This document shows positions 1 through 9,509 of a stretch of 64,000 nucleotides of DNA, one piece after another. The notes under the pieces were generated by a model. It was not told where the DNA came from. It made no database searches and worked only from the letters and a program-made list of their open reading frames with translations. The DNA is from a virus (Duplodnaviria; Caudoviricetes), in the IMG/VR virus record IMGVR_UViG_3300037470_000577, positions 1 through 64,000 of that record; one strand, 5' to 3'. Made by a program: the position numbers and the translations under genes. Each line of letters begins with the position of its first letter. The first letter of the stretch is position 1.

Positions 1-217
1 CCACTACCATGACCGGCGCATGAAGATAGCGGCAGGTGATGGCGTCTTGTGGTGCGCGGGCTGCGGCAAGGAGTACGCTCGCTGGCCCCTGGCTGATTTA
101 CCGCTCTACATGGGGCTGCCACCCTAATATGAACAAGAAGGGGCAGCAGTGGACGATATAACCGTCATAGAGATGGCGACAATCTGGTCGCTGTCCTTCA
201 TCTCAACTATTACTTTA

Positions 218-245
218 TTGTCAATATTTTATTATATATTATAAA
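218..245 (+). promoter_or_regulatory. sigma70-like promoter upstream of rusA
   Basis: TTGTCA (218-223) N16 TATAAA (240-245) in an AT-rich gap. Confidence 0.5.
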
Positions 246-277
246 AAGAATTAGTCTTTAGGGACTAATTCTTTTTA
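242..277. repeat. AT-rich inverted repeat, conserved-loop hairpin copy 1
   Basis: TAAAAAGAATTAGTC-TTTAGG-GACTAATTCTTTTTA, 15-bp perfect stem. Confidence 0.9.
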
Positions 278-288
278 CTGGATAAAGT

Positions 289-675
289 ATGAAACTAATA
301 CTTGAGGGCGAGCGGCCCATGAGTTGGAATACGCTCTATGCCGGGAAATTCTGGAGCGTTAGAAAAGAAGAGGCCGAGCGAGTTCACCTGACGGTTCTGG
401 GCGAGTTGGAACCAGATAGCCTCTTGTACCAGAACCGGGTGGACATCATCATAACCACTTACTTTGACAAACGACCCTATGACTCCTGCAATATCCCGAT
501 GAAACTCTATATTGACGGGCTGGCAGGACGGCTGATCATTGATGATGATATTAAGTATGTTCGCTCCAGCAAGTCAATAGTTGAGATAGACCGTCAGCGC
601 CCAAGAGTGGAAATAGATATTATTGATACCGGACAGCCTGTGTGGAAGAAGCTACCCCAAAGCGGGAAGCCATGA
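289..675 (+). CDS. rusA: RusA-like Holliday junction resolvase
   Basis: RPYDSCN..K..IDGL...IIDDD..YV acidic motif and C-terminal RPRVEIDI strand typical of the RusA family. Confidence 0.75.
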   Translation: MKLILEGERPMSWNTLYAGKFWSVRKEEAERVHLTVLGELEPDSLLYQNRVDIIITTYFDKRPYDSCNIPMKLYIDGLAGRLIIDDDIKYVRSSKSIVEIDRQRPRVEIDIIDTGQPVWKKLPQSGKP

Positions 676-926
676 TACTGTCTAAAGAGAACAACAATCT
701 CTGTTGGATGGAAGCGTATCAGGAATACCGGCTTGTAAAGTTCATCGAAAAAGTTAACCATCGACGCTCCCTGGTTCTATTCCTAACAGGCCCATCATCC
801 TTTATTCAGACGCTAGTTAAAACAAGAGATTTGCACCCTATTCCAGATTGGCTGGTGGGGTTTGAGATAACGATTATGACAAGCGGCCTATACGAACTTG
901 GTAGAATGATTAACGGAGATAAATAG
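672..926 (+). CDS. hypothetical protein
   Basis: ATGA overlap with rusA stop; next ORF starts at 927. Confidence 0.55.
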   Translation: MILSKENNNLCWMEAYQEYRLVKFIEKVNHRRSLVLFLTGPSSFIQTLVKTRDLHPIPDWLVGFEITIMTSGLYELGRMINGDK

Positions 927-1229
927 ATGGGTGTCACAAAGGCGTCGTTGGCCCTGGCTTACAAAAACGCCAGAGATTATCCAGGCTTACCTGCCTGGTC
1001 AGTTTTGAAAGACCTGCTCCTGCAAAGTCTGTCGCCCCAGGAGATGTATGTTTACGACCTGATTAAAAAGAATCCTGGTACTTTCACTACTGCTATTTGT
1101 TCTGTCACCGGTATGGAACCAAATCATGTCGGGAATCTGGTAAGTAATCTGGAACGCTATGGACTTATCGAAAGAGAGGCAGCTACAGATAGGAACGGTT
1201 TGTATTACAAACTAAAGAGTGTTCGCTAG
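927..1229 (+). CDS. winged helix-turn-helix protein
   Basis: LSPQEMYVY..I...PG....AI...TGME..HV..LVSNLE.YGLIER pattern (MarR/TrmB-like wHTH). Confidence 0.65.
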   Translation: MGVTKASLALAYKNARDYPGLPAWSVLKDLLLQSLSPQEMYVYDLIKKNPGTFTTAICSVTGMEPNHVGNLVSNLERYGLIEREAATDRNGLYYKLKSVR

Positions 1230-1444
1230 TGGATCAGCAGCAATACGAGAATATCGTCAGCAAGGTTTCCTTTTCTGCCGTTTCCCTCTACGAACTCGAC
1301 CTTGTGGCGGCAATTGAAATGGCTGAGATGGTGCGGGAGATTGCGCCCTCTACTGCGCTGGAGAACCAGATGAAACTTCTTCACGCGGCGTGGGAATTAC
1401 AGCTTGTTATTGCGCCGCTTATGAAGGACTATAAAGGAGAATAA
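1229..1444 (+). CDS. hypothetical protein
   Basis: GTG start overlapping the previous stop; ends in the RBS of the next gene. Confidence 0.55.
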   Translation: MDQQQYENIVSKVSFSAVSLYELDLVAAIEMAEMVREIAPSTALENQMKLLHAAWELQLVIAPLMKDYKGE

Positions 1445-1445
1445 T

Positions 1446-1859
1446 ATGATTATCCAGGCAATTACACTGTGGCAGCATTGGGCCTCGGCAATGGCGTTGG
1501 GCGAGAAGGGATACGAGACACGGGGCTGGGATACGGATTACCGGGGTCTCATTGCCGTTCATTCAGCCAAGACGCGCGACTATTACGACCGCCGTTTCTT
1601 TGAGCGGTTGGGCATTACCAGCATTCCCTTCGGCTGCATCTTATCCATCCACGAACTGCTGGCCGTTCATCGAGTAGAGGGTGTTCGGGATACCGTCAGT
1701 CACGGCGAACGGCTCCTGGGCGATTACACCGATGGTCGTTTTGCCTGGGAAATGCCACTGGTTTACCGCCTTCCCGTTCCTCTTCCGGCGCGGGGCTATC
1801 AGAAGTTGTGGCGCTGGGACATGCCGGAATCTATGTATAAACTTATCACAGGAGAATAA
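1446..1859 (+). CDS. ASCH domain protein
   Basis: AITLWQHWAS....GEKGYETR.W...YRG.IAVHSAK signature; AGGAGA RBS. Confidence 0.85.
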   Translation: MIIQAITLWQHWASAMALGEKGYETRGWDTDYRGLIAVHSAKTRDYYDRRFFERLGITSIPFGCILSIHELLAVHRVEGVRDTVSHGERLLGDYTDGRFAWEMPLVYRLPVPLPARGYQKLWRWDMPESMYKLITGE

Positions 1860-1860
1860 C

Positions 1861-2052
1861 ATGGACAGCTTATCATTGTGGGGCGACCGGTTCAAGATGA
1901 CGGTCTTGGAGATTGTTGAAGAGTGGCTGAGGCTAGAATATGGGGAACAATATACAGCCTTTGTGTACCAGGACGAGATAGAGGCCGCTGTTCCGGTCGG
2001 CAAGAAGATAGCGGTGTCGGTTTACCTGGTTAATGAGGATACTGATGAGTGA
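1861..2052 (+). CDS. hypothetical protein
   Basis: AGGAGAATAAC RBS before ATG 1861; overlaps the next start. Confidence 0.6.
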   Translation: MDSLSLWGDRFKMTVLEIVEEWLRLEYGEQYTAFVYQDEIEAAVPVGKKIAVSVYLVNEDTDE

Positions 2053-2602
2053 GGGTAAGAAATACCCGCTGGCCCAGGTCAAGGCCATTGCCGATGAAAT
2101 TGTTGAGAGGCTCAGTCTCCGCTGCGAGCGCATTGAGATTGCAGGTTCGCTGCGGCGCGGTAGGTCAATGATTGGCGATATTGAAATTGTGGCCCTGCCT
2201 CTGTACAACGTAACTAAAAATTTGTTCGGGGAAGTTACCGGCCGCAAGAGCATGGTTGACCTCTACCTTGACAGCAGCCCTTACGGGCCGCTGGAATTGA
2301 ATGGCCCGAAGATGAAGAAGTTCCGCTATCATGACCTCTTGAATGTAGACCTGTTCTTGCCGGAATCGGCCAACCATTGGGGCTGCATCTTAACCGTCAG
2401 AACCGGGTCGGCTGATTTTAATATGTGGCTGATGAGCGTCGTCCAGCGCCGAACTAAAACCTATTTTCAGGGCGGACGCCTTCATCGTGATGGGCAGTGG
2501 CTCGACACCCCGGAAGAGGAAGATGTATTTCGGGAGCTGGACCTGCCCTTTATCCCACCTGACTATCGAGATGATAATAGGTGGCTGGAGATTGTTGGAT
2601 GA
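2045..2602 (+). CDS. polX: minimal family X DNA polymerase (palm + thumb only)
   Basis: IAGSLRR...GDIEIV, VDLF, WG.....RTGSADFN and EEDVF..L.LPFIPP.YR motifs; about 185 aa. Confidence 0.85.
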   Translation: MSEGKKYPLAQVKAIADEIVERLSLRCERIEIAGSLRRGRSMIGDIEIVALPLYNVTKNLFGEVTGRKSMVDLYLDSSPYGPLELNGPKMKKFRYHDLLNVDLFLPESANHWGCILTVRTGSADFNMWLMSVVQRRTKTYFQGGRLHRDGQWLDTPEEEDVFRELDLPFIPPDYRDDNRWLEIVG

Positions 2603-2829
2603 TTTATGAAGATAGGCTGCTGGCCGAATGTATTACCAATCCGTCCCTGGAAGGACGCAAACAGGCACGAGAGGCGCTGGGCCGATACTATTATAATGGC
2701 GTCGAAACGGCTCGCGGTGAATTAACGCACACCGTCCACGAAGCATGGTACAGAGACTACCGCCGCGATGGAACGCTCAGGCGAGAAGGCGGCAGTCGAA
2801 CCACGACAACAACTTTAAGGACGTTTTGA
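2599..2829 (+). CDS. hypothetical protein
   Basis: ATGA-coupled to polX. Confidence 0.5.
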   Translation: MIYEDRLLAECITNPSLEGRKQAREALGRYYYNGVETARGELTHTVHEAWYRDYRRDGTLRREGGSRTTTTTLRTF

Positions 2830-3059
2830 ACTATCGGGCCTACCTTCGTTCGCCAGACTGGAACAAGAAAAGGCTTGCCCGGCTGAAATATGATGGCTAC
2901 CGTTGTTATGATTGCGGGCGTAAGAGACGGCTCCAGGTGCATCACGTCACCTACACGCGCCTGGGCCGTGAACGCTTGAGCGACCTTCGTTCTCTGTGTT
3001 CGCACTGCCACCGCAAGCAACATGGGCTTCTGTGGTGGCAAAGGATATTTAAGCGATGA
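2826..3059 (+). CDS. HNH endonuclease
   Basis: YLRSPDW......RDGYRCYDCG....QVHH.TY...G.E...DL..LCSHCH..QH; probable TTG start coupled to the previous stop. Confidence 0.85.
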   Translation: MNYRAYLRSPDWNKKRLARLKYDGYRCYDCGRKRRLQVHHVTYTRLGRERLSDLRSLCSHCHRKQHGLLWWQRIFKR

Positions 3060-3727
3060 AAAGAAAACCCCTTCTGCTCGACCTCTTCTGCGGCGCTGGC
3101 GGCGCAAGCATGGGCTACTATCGGGCCGGATTCGATGTGGTTGGTATTGACAAGAACCGCCAGAAGAACTACCCCTTCGGCTTTCTCCGGGCGGATGTAA
3201 TGGAGTGGCTGCCAAGAGCAATTGAGAGTGGGGAGATTGAACGATTCGACGTTATAGCGGCATCGCCGCCGTGTCAATACTACACGGAACTTCCAGGAGA
3301 CTTCCGCGATAATTACCCAGATTTAATAGGGTCTGTCAGAGAACTCCTCATCTTGTCAAACAAGCCCTACATTATCGAGAATGTGCGTGGGGCCAGAAGA
3401 AAGATGGGTCATTGGGTTATGTTGTGCGGGTGGCAGTTTGGCCTCAAAACGTACCGGCACAGATACTTTGAGACAAAGCCCCTCGTTCTCGTCCCGCCCC
3501 ACCTAGTCCACCCCGAACCGTGTCCTCGGTCTGGTAGGGGTAAAAGTCCCATATATGGATTTATCTCTGTAACCGGGAACGGCGGAGCGCCCAACCTTGA
3601 TATGCCCTATTTGCAATATGCAAGTACGGCAATGGATATTTCCTGGATGACCCGCGACGAACTATCACAGGCGATCCCACCCGCGTATACCCGTTTTATT
3701 GGTAAAAAGATGTTGGAGATGATATGA
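3056..3727 (+). CDS. C5-cytosine DNA methyltransferase (short phage type)
   Basis: Motif I LDLFCGAGG, catalytic SPPCQ, ENV, and terminal QAIPPAYT.FIG. Confidence 0.9.
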   Translation: MKRKPLLLDLFCGAGGASMGYYRAGFDVVGIDKNRQKNYPFGFLRADVMEWLPRAIESGEIERFDVIAASPPCQYYTELPGDFRDNYPDLIGSVRELLILSNKPYIIENVRGARRKMGHWVMLCGWQFGLKTYRHRYFETKPLVLVPPHLVHPEPCPRSGRGKSPIYGFISVTGNGGAPNLDMPYLQYASTAMDISWMTRDELSQAIPPAYTRFIGKKMLEMI

Positions 3728-4845
3728 ACTGGATTAAACGATTATTCACAAAGAAGCCGACCTGGACAGCAGACGACATCATGCCACCGACTGTCTGGCC
3801 CAAGACCAATGGGTTTAATTCACGCACCTTCTGTCTGACCTCAGAGGGACTGTATGTGACCGACGACTTCTTAGCCGACAGCGTGGAGTGGCAGATAGCG
3901 GCTCAGCCTCAGCCGGGCCAGTCGTTCTATGACTTCACCATCGACAAGGCCAGGCCCTCCACCTGCGCCCTGCTGTGGGCAACGGACGGCCTGTACTGGT
4001 CGGAGAATCTTGAGACCTGGGAACGGATAAAGGAGTTTTGATGAACTACTGGATTGAATCTAAGGTTAGCCACCTCCTCAGCCCCGTCTCCTTCGGTATG
4101 TGGGTGCTGGAAAAGATGGAGGAAGAAGAATATTTGTTCCCGGCAAATTTCGGTGATGCGTTGTATGAATATCTTCGACCGCACTTTGACCTTGCCGAGG
4201 TTGAATACGAGACCTGGGCCAATTGGCGCTTTACTTTCCACAAGGGAGTTCAAACCCTGGAGTGTCAGCTATCAAGCCTGAGTTGGCTGGGCCAGCTATG
4301 CGACCAACTACCCATCAGAGATTGGACTGGCTATGGCCTGATGTGGGCCTTGCTGGAAAGTATTCGTAGGATGCAGGATTGGGATGAGTTAGAGATTATT
4401 AGAGTGACGGAGGAAGGATGATTGGCCTACACATTATACTTGATGGAGAGGGAGCCTGGAAAGACCTATTTGATAAGCAGGTTCGGGAAGCAACCGACAT
4501 CCATATCGCCGCCCTGCCCAACGGTATGGCGAGCGGTAAGCCATCGGTTGCCTTTCGCCTTGACTTGTCGGACGGTTCCGTCGCAATCGGACAAACAAGT
4601 CTAGCCCTGCTACTTACTGCGGCTGACGCTCTGCGCCTTCGATATGGCGATCCGAGGGAACAATGAACGTGACCGGATTAGAGATATTGGTCGCCATGAT
4701 AGAAGAAGCAGAGAAGATACATAGAAAGCTACTCAAGCAGCGCGATTACAATGGGGCAATCCTTATGGAATTCTACTTAAAGGGTCTCAAGCAAGCCCAT
4801 GAACTTCTTTCGTTAGAGCAGATTGACCAGGAGCGCCACAAGTGA
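3724..4845 (+). CDS. four coupled hypothetical ORFs (3724-4041, 4038-4421, 4418-4666, 4663-4845)
   Basis: Consecutive ATGA stop/start overlaps with GGAG/GAGG RBS. Confidence 0.6.
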
Positions 4846-5208
4846 TGTCGCCGCACTTGGCCCAACAATGCCAAGCCAGACCAGTTTCTTGCGATGGAGC
4901 GGCGAAGTGATTCTGGTGCGCCCTGGTTGGCTGACGGTTTTGGTCTCCTTAATCTTCGGCGCAACCGCCCTGCTTTCGCTCTCGGCAAGGCTTTCGGCTA
5001 ACTGGCTCATGAGAGGACGCGGCTTTGTTTTCATCGCCGCTATCTCGATAAGCTCATCTTCGGTAAGCAGGTTGTCAGAGATAATCTGTTGAAGCCGCTC
5101 TTGTTCCTGATTGGACAGGTTGTCCAGACGCAGCGAGATATTGATGCCCCGTCCCAAACGTGTGCGCCTCCGCTTTCCCGGCCCGTCCGGCCAATCGTAG
5201 TAGCCCAT
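4813..5208 (-). CDS. hypothetical protein with C-terminal TM helix
   Basis: 131-aa ORF ending LVWLGIVGPSAATSLVALLVNLL; follows the LuxR gene. Confidence 0.55.
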   Translation of the reverse strand: MGYYDWPDGPGKRRRTRLGRGINISLRLDNLSNQEQERLQQIISDNLLTEDELIEIAAMKTKPRPLMSQLAESLAESESRAVAPKIKETKTVSQPGRTRITSPLHRKKLVWLGIVGPSAATSLVALLVNLL

Positions 5209-5209
5209 T

Positions 5210-5410
5210 CTATTGTTTGAGTGTGAAGGCTAACACCGCAATCTGGGTTCGATTCTTTAAGCCCAGCACGGCCATGATGCCGCTGATATGATTTCTGACC
5301 GCCGAATTGGTGATAAATAGCTCGCTGGCTATTTCCTTGTTGGACTTGCAGGCAGCTATGCACTCAAATATCTCTAACTGTCTCGGCGTCAAATCGTTCA
5401 GGGCGCTCAT
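5210..5410 (-). CDS. stand-alone LuxR/CsgD-type HTH regulator
   Basis: LTPRQLEIF..IA..KSNKEIA.EL.IT..AV.NHIS.I...LG.KNRTQ signature; probable start MSALND at 5410. Confidence 0.9.
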   Translation of the reverse strand: MSALNDLTPRQLEIFECIAACKSNKEIASELFITNSAVRNHISGIMAVLGLKNRTQIAVLAFTLKQ

Positions 5411-5670
5411 ATCGAAACCTTCGCTGTCTGGCTGCCATTCTCCCACATCCAATGGTCAATGGTGCGGCCCTCGTTGTTGGTGACGTAAACCGACACCCCG
5501 TCTTTGGTGGACTGCCAGTGAACGTCAGGAAGGCCGCTCCGCTCCATCGTGATAGCGATCTCGTCGGCCTGAATCGGATGCCCTTCTTCGCTACCTGACA
5601 CATTCCTGATGTGGTAAGCGTCGCACTCGTAAACATGCTCAGCCCCGTTAACTACTATCTTTACAAACAT
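5407..5670 (-). CDS. hypothetical protein
   Basis: AAGGAG RBS on the - strand; coupled to the LuxR gene. Confidence 0.6.
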   Translation of the reverse strand: MFVKIVVNGAEHVYECDAYHIRNVSGSEEGHPIQADEIAITMERSGLPDVHWQSTKDGVSVYVTNNEGRTIDHWMWENGSQTAKVSI

Positions 5671-5736
5671 TTCTAATCTCCTTACTATTTATCTAATATC
5701 TACCAATAATCTTACATCAAAAGGAAAAACTTACCA

Positions 5737-6259
5737 ATGAATCAAAAAGCATCCCCACTTATCCGGGCCGTTAAGATCGAGGATTGGGACGAGTATATCC
5801 GACAACGAAATGCAGAGCGGAAAACTCTCTTCCGTCTCCTCGACCCTGACCTGAGTGCCGATTGGGGCAGACCCGTATACCTTGATAAGTACGCCGAGGG
5901 GCCAACGGATGATCCAGAAGAGGCCCTGCAAACAACTCGCCCAGAACGGTGGGATAGCTTTGTGGCGGAAGTTGTGGAGAATAGCAATGAGTGAATATGA
6001 TGAACTTGTATCGGAATGGGTCAACTCATACGAGATAGTCCGGTCCGAGAACGAACGACTGTCCAACGCCCTCTATCAAATTCGGGTGTGGGCCAATGCC
6101 TATCCGGTGACGGTGTTCCCCGAACCGGACTGGACGAAGGCGGCTGAGGCTCTAAGAGTAAACGGTATGACCCTGGATGCCGTCAGCGCCAGTAACATGA
6201 GACACGTACTGGATGGGGTTATGCGGATTGTTGACGAGGCGCTGGGAGAAGCGGGTTAA
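5737..6259 (+). CDS. two hypothetical ORFs (5737-5994, 5987-6259)
   Basis: AAGGA RBS; overlapping stop/start. Confidence 0.55.
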
Positions 6260-6289
6260 CTTACGGGCATTATATCGTGGAGAACAGCT

Positions 6290-6793
6290 ATGAATACCAT
6301 TGCCTCCCTCATGAACATTTGTTGGATTCCCGTTAAAGATGGCGACCCGCGTGTGTCCTCAATATATAAACGACACTACTCTTGCTATCAATACAAAGAC
6401 GGACGAAGAAATCAGCCCCAATACCGTAACCGCCATCTCGTTATGGGGCCGGGCGAAAAAATGGTTTTACTGTCTGCCGATTGTCGGGCCATCTTTGGGT
6501 GGAGAAAGTTCAAAGACGATAGTGGGCAGATTGGCGTTAACTGTGCCTTTTTCCGAAATGAGAACGCATTCAATGGAGATGTCTTTAGTAGCGTCCTGAT
6601 TCTCTTGGCCGAAAGATTGGCCTGGCGTAGGTGGCCCGGAGAACGCCTCTATACCTACGTCGATGGCGAAATCACAAAGAAACGACGAAGTAAGCGGAAT
6701 ACACCCGGCGCTTGCTTTGTCCATGCCGGTTGGACGCCCCTGGACTACACCACCCAAAGCGGGCTGCATGTGTTGGAAAAGTGGCCCATGTGA
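6290..6793 (+). CDS. Mom-like GNAT-fold protein (putative DNA base acylase)
   Basis: RHYS..., PGEKMVL, VNCAFFRNE, SS.LI..AE..AW.RWPGERLYTYVD and PGACF..AGW match the phage Mom-like/GNAT family as I recall it. Confidence 0.6.
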   Translation: MNTIASLMNICWIPVKDGDPRVSSIYKRHYSCYQYKDGRRNQPQYRNRHLVMGPGEKMVLLSADCRAIFGWRKFKDDSGQIGVNCAFFRNENAFNGDVFSSVLILLAERLAWRRWPGERLYTYVDGEITKKRRSKRNTPGACFVHAGWTPLDYTTQSGLHVLEKWPM

Positions 6794-6867
6794 TAGTCCT
6801 GGCCGATTTCTTGGGGCTTGCCGTTTTTGGGGTTATTTCTGCGGGTTAAGAAGTTGGAGGAAAACAA

Positions 6868-7083
6868 ATAAACGAAAATATCATAACCGACTATATCAGA
6901 CCAACTCATAAAACAGCATCCGACCTGATCCGCCGGGCGCAAATCCTGGCAATGCTGAACGGCCTGAATGGAACAAACACCCTGACCTATCACATTTACC
7001 ATAACGAATTAGCCGACATCCCGCCCGGCAAGAAGGTGACTGTTACCTTTCTCCTGGAAGATGATGACGGACTATTCTCTTAA
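6868..7083 (+). CDS. 71-aa hypothetical protein with non-canonical ATA start (absent from the ORF track)
   Basis: GGAGG (6856-6860), 7-nt spacer, ATA AAC GAA AAT...; open to TAA 7081-7083. Confidence 0.45.
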   Translation: MNENIITDYIRPTHKTASDLIRRAQILAMLNGLNGTNTLTYHIYHNELADIPPGKKVTVTFLLEDDDGLFS

Positions 7084-7534
7084 AACCTTCCATCATTCTC
7101 TCTACATCCTTCCGGTGGAAATCGGCTATTGACCGATAGAGATAGTCCCGAACGCCGCCCTCGTCTTGCATCCCGTCTATCAATAATTCCCCCTCGCCGT
7201 CCAGTACCGCAATGAGATAGGGAATCCTAATTGTCAGATGTGGAAACGGTGCGGTCATGCTCGATGGGTGCATGTGTCCACCCACTGTCGAAATAAGCCC
7301 GTATCCTTCATACGGCAAATGAATCTTTATGTTGTAGTCTGGAAACTCATCTTCTGAGATATGGCTGAGAATTGGATTGGCTGCCACAATTATGTTGTCG
7401 CCATCTCTACAGGCCCATATGTCCTTGCCCCTGTCGTAGGGAATGCCGATGTTAGCAAGACGGAAATTAAGCTCCTCCTCCCACTCAAGTAAAATGTCCG
7501 ATAACGGCTCGCTCGCCTCAAAGGAAATATTCAT
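7043..7534 (-). CDS. hypothetical protein, probably leaderless
   Basis: ATG at 7534 lies 8 nt downstream of a perfect TGnTATAAT (7550-7542) on the - strand. Confidence 0.6.
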   Translation of the reverse strand: MNISFEASEPLSDILLEWEEELNFRLANIGIPYDRGKDIWACRDGDNIIVAANPILSHISEDEFPDYNIKIHLPYEGYGLISTVGGHMHPSSMTAPFPHLTIRIPYLIAVLDGEGELLIDGMQDEGGVRDYLYRSIADFHRKDVERMMEGFKRIVRHHLPGER

Positions 7535-7561
7535 GCCCACCATTATAACATGGGAGCGCAA

Positions 7562-8570
7562 TGTGAAAAGCGTGTGCTAATGTACGGTTAATGATTGTCG
7601 GGGGAATCGGCTGAAATTGGCTGCGCGATTCTTAGGGGTTAAACACCATAGACAACCATTTGCCCCCATTGCAGCACGTGGTAATTGTCGTTGCCGCCGT
7701 AGGTTAATGGTTGTCTGGGGAATCGGGCATTTTTCACGGCGCGATTTTTAGGGGGATGATGCTACCCACCTTCTCGCCCATTCCCAGAATGGGACCCTAT
7801 CCCGCCGATTTTCCCGCCAACCATTTACCCAGCCGATGTAACAGCCATTGCCGCCAATCGCCACCTGGCCGATGCTTTCGCCAATGTGCCGACAATGGGA
7901 AGGGAAGCCGGACGGCCGACACGCTCGCCATTTGCAGATGCACGGCCAGGGAAGCCACCTAGCAAGCGAATAGCACCCTACTATATGATGGTGGGAGTTT
8001 GCTATCAAAATTAGGCAAGGTGGGCCATATAGCGGGCAAATGTGGACGACACGAGGGAAGGGTTGGCATAGGGGGGCATGGGGTGAAGGGGTGAAGGGTG
8101 GGGATAATCCCCCACTCTAACCCTCTGTCCTTACCATTCCCCCTTTCTACCCCTCTTGGCAATCCCCCTCTCTAACCCCTCACCCTGTCCCTTGCTCCAT
8201 TTTACCCCTCTTGGCAATCTCCATACCCTCACTCGCTCCACCCCGCTTGGCACGTACTCCCCTATATGGCAGCCGCCCATAGAACGCCTGTGCTATCCCA
8301 TATATAGTCCATTGTGGTCATTTGCTGCCCATGTTCCCATATGTGGATTGAATATGAGTACAACATTAGAACGGGTTAATTTTAGATAGAAACTTTGTTC
8401 TCATGACATTTTGGGCTTGACTGGTATATGTGGGGGTGAATGGTTGGTTGTTGGTTGGTTTATGGCTATATGTGGGGGTTGGAGGGGTTGATTTTATCTT
8501 GACTGGCTATGAGATAATAAAGCCATAGATTTTACTCATACGCGCGTAAGAACCGCAAAGGGAACAAACA
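7562..8570. other. about 1-kb non-coding, strand-skewed region (candidate origin or genome terminus/pac region)
   Basis: No credible ORF; imperfect 53-bp direct repeat (7586-7638 / 7702-7755); G-run tract 8055-8103; C-run tract about 8109-8265; repeated ATATG(T)GG and TACCCCTCTTGGCAAT. Confidence 0.45.
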
Positions 8571-8573
8571 ACC

Positions 8574-8747
8574 ATGACAATTAGATTTTTAGGGTATCAA
8601 TTAAACATCAGCAAATGTCCGGCTGATTGCGCTGAATTCACAATCGAAATCGACAACAGCCAGCGAGAGCGACAAGTTGCCGACATAGAGGACAGCGAAT
8701 TTTTCCAGCGCTTGCTGGCACGTAAGGCGGAGTTAAAAGGTCTGTAA
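8574..8747 (+). CDS. 57-aa hypothetical protein
   Basis: AAAGGGA RBS; TGnGATAAT promoter at 8510-8518; followed by a hairpin. Confidence 0.55.
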   Translation: MTIRFLGYQLNISKCPADCAEFTIEIDNSQRERQVADIEDSEFFQRLLARKAELKGL

Positions 8748-8822
8748 TCTGCCTACTGCCCATAATCACCTGATTATAGGCAGTGGATAGACTTACAGTC
8801 TATATAGGAATTTTGAGAAGAT

Positions 8823-9457
8823 ATGAAACACGAACTAACAAAGAAAGTAAAAAGAATAGCGCACAATCGACGCAAGCCGGGCAAAGCGGCTGTTGCTATC
8901 GTATCCGATAATAGCCAACACCTACGCAAGCCGCGTACGGGCAAGACTGCCCCTATTGCCTTTGAACAGTCGCCGATCTGGAATATCGAAAAAGATTGCG
9001 ATATTGCCCCAATTGGCGAGGGTGCGACGGCCGTGAGTAAGCTACTCAAGCTGCTTGAATTGAAGGACTATCAACAGCCGCTTGGTATGAGCAAGCGTAC
9101 CAGCAAGGGGATTATCGAATTAGACAACCTCTCTAAGCCCACGTTCACGCCCATAGAAAATGAATTAGGTAATTCACCTGACCTTGCTTTGATTGAAGGC
9201 AAACTACAATCGACTGAACGCATGTCGAATAAATTCTGGAATCGGGAATTTTTATCAGATAAGGATAGCAACCAATGAATAACGACGATATGGATATTAT
9301 TAGAGCGGCCGGCCGCCGCAATGCCAAGATAGAACAACAAAAGTTTTATCAGGCAGTACAAAATTATTGCGAAAATCGTGACCAATTAGACGTTGTTGAT
9401 GCTTTAGACAATGATAATTTAGCTGAATACCTGTATCTGTCCATTACAACAGAATAA
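8823..9457 (+). CDS. two hypothetical ORFs (8823-9278, 9275-9457)
   Basis: GAGAAG RBS; ATGA overlap. Confidence 0.5.
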
Positions 9458-9476
9458 CACAGCTTTATTCCTGTCT

Positions 9477-9509
9477 AATGTGCCTATAGAATCACGCTAT
9501 AGGCACATT
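9477..9509. terminator. stem-loop after the 9275-9457 ORF
   Basis: AATGTGCCTATAG-AATCACG-CTATAGGCACATT, 13-bp perfect stem; no clear U-tract. Confidence 0.55.

Noticed and set aside
2826-3727. HNH + C5-MTase as a restriction-modification system
   Set aside because: The HNH is a bare 77-aa phage type with no specificity domain; orphan MTases beside HNHs are common in phages
5242-5268. GGGTTCGATTC T-loop-like sequence
   Set aside because: It is the reverse complement of LuxR codons (LGLKNRTQ), with no acceptor or anticodon arms
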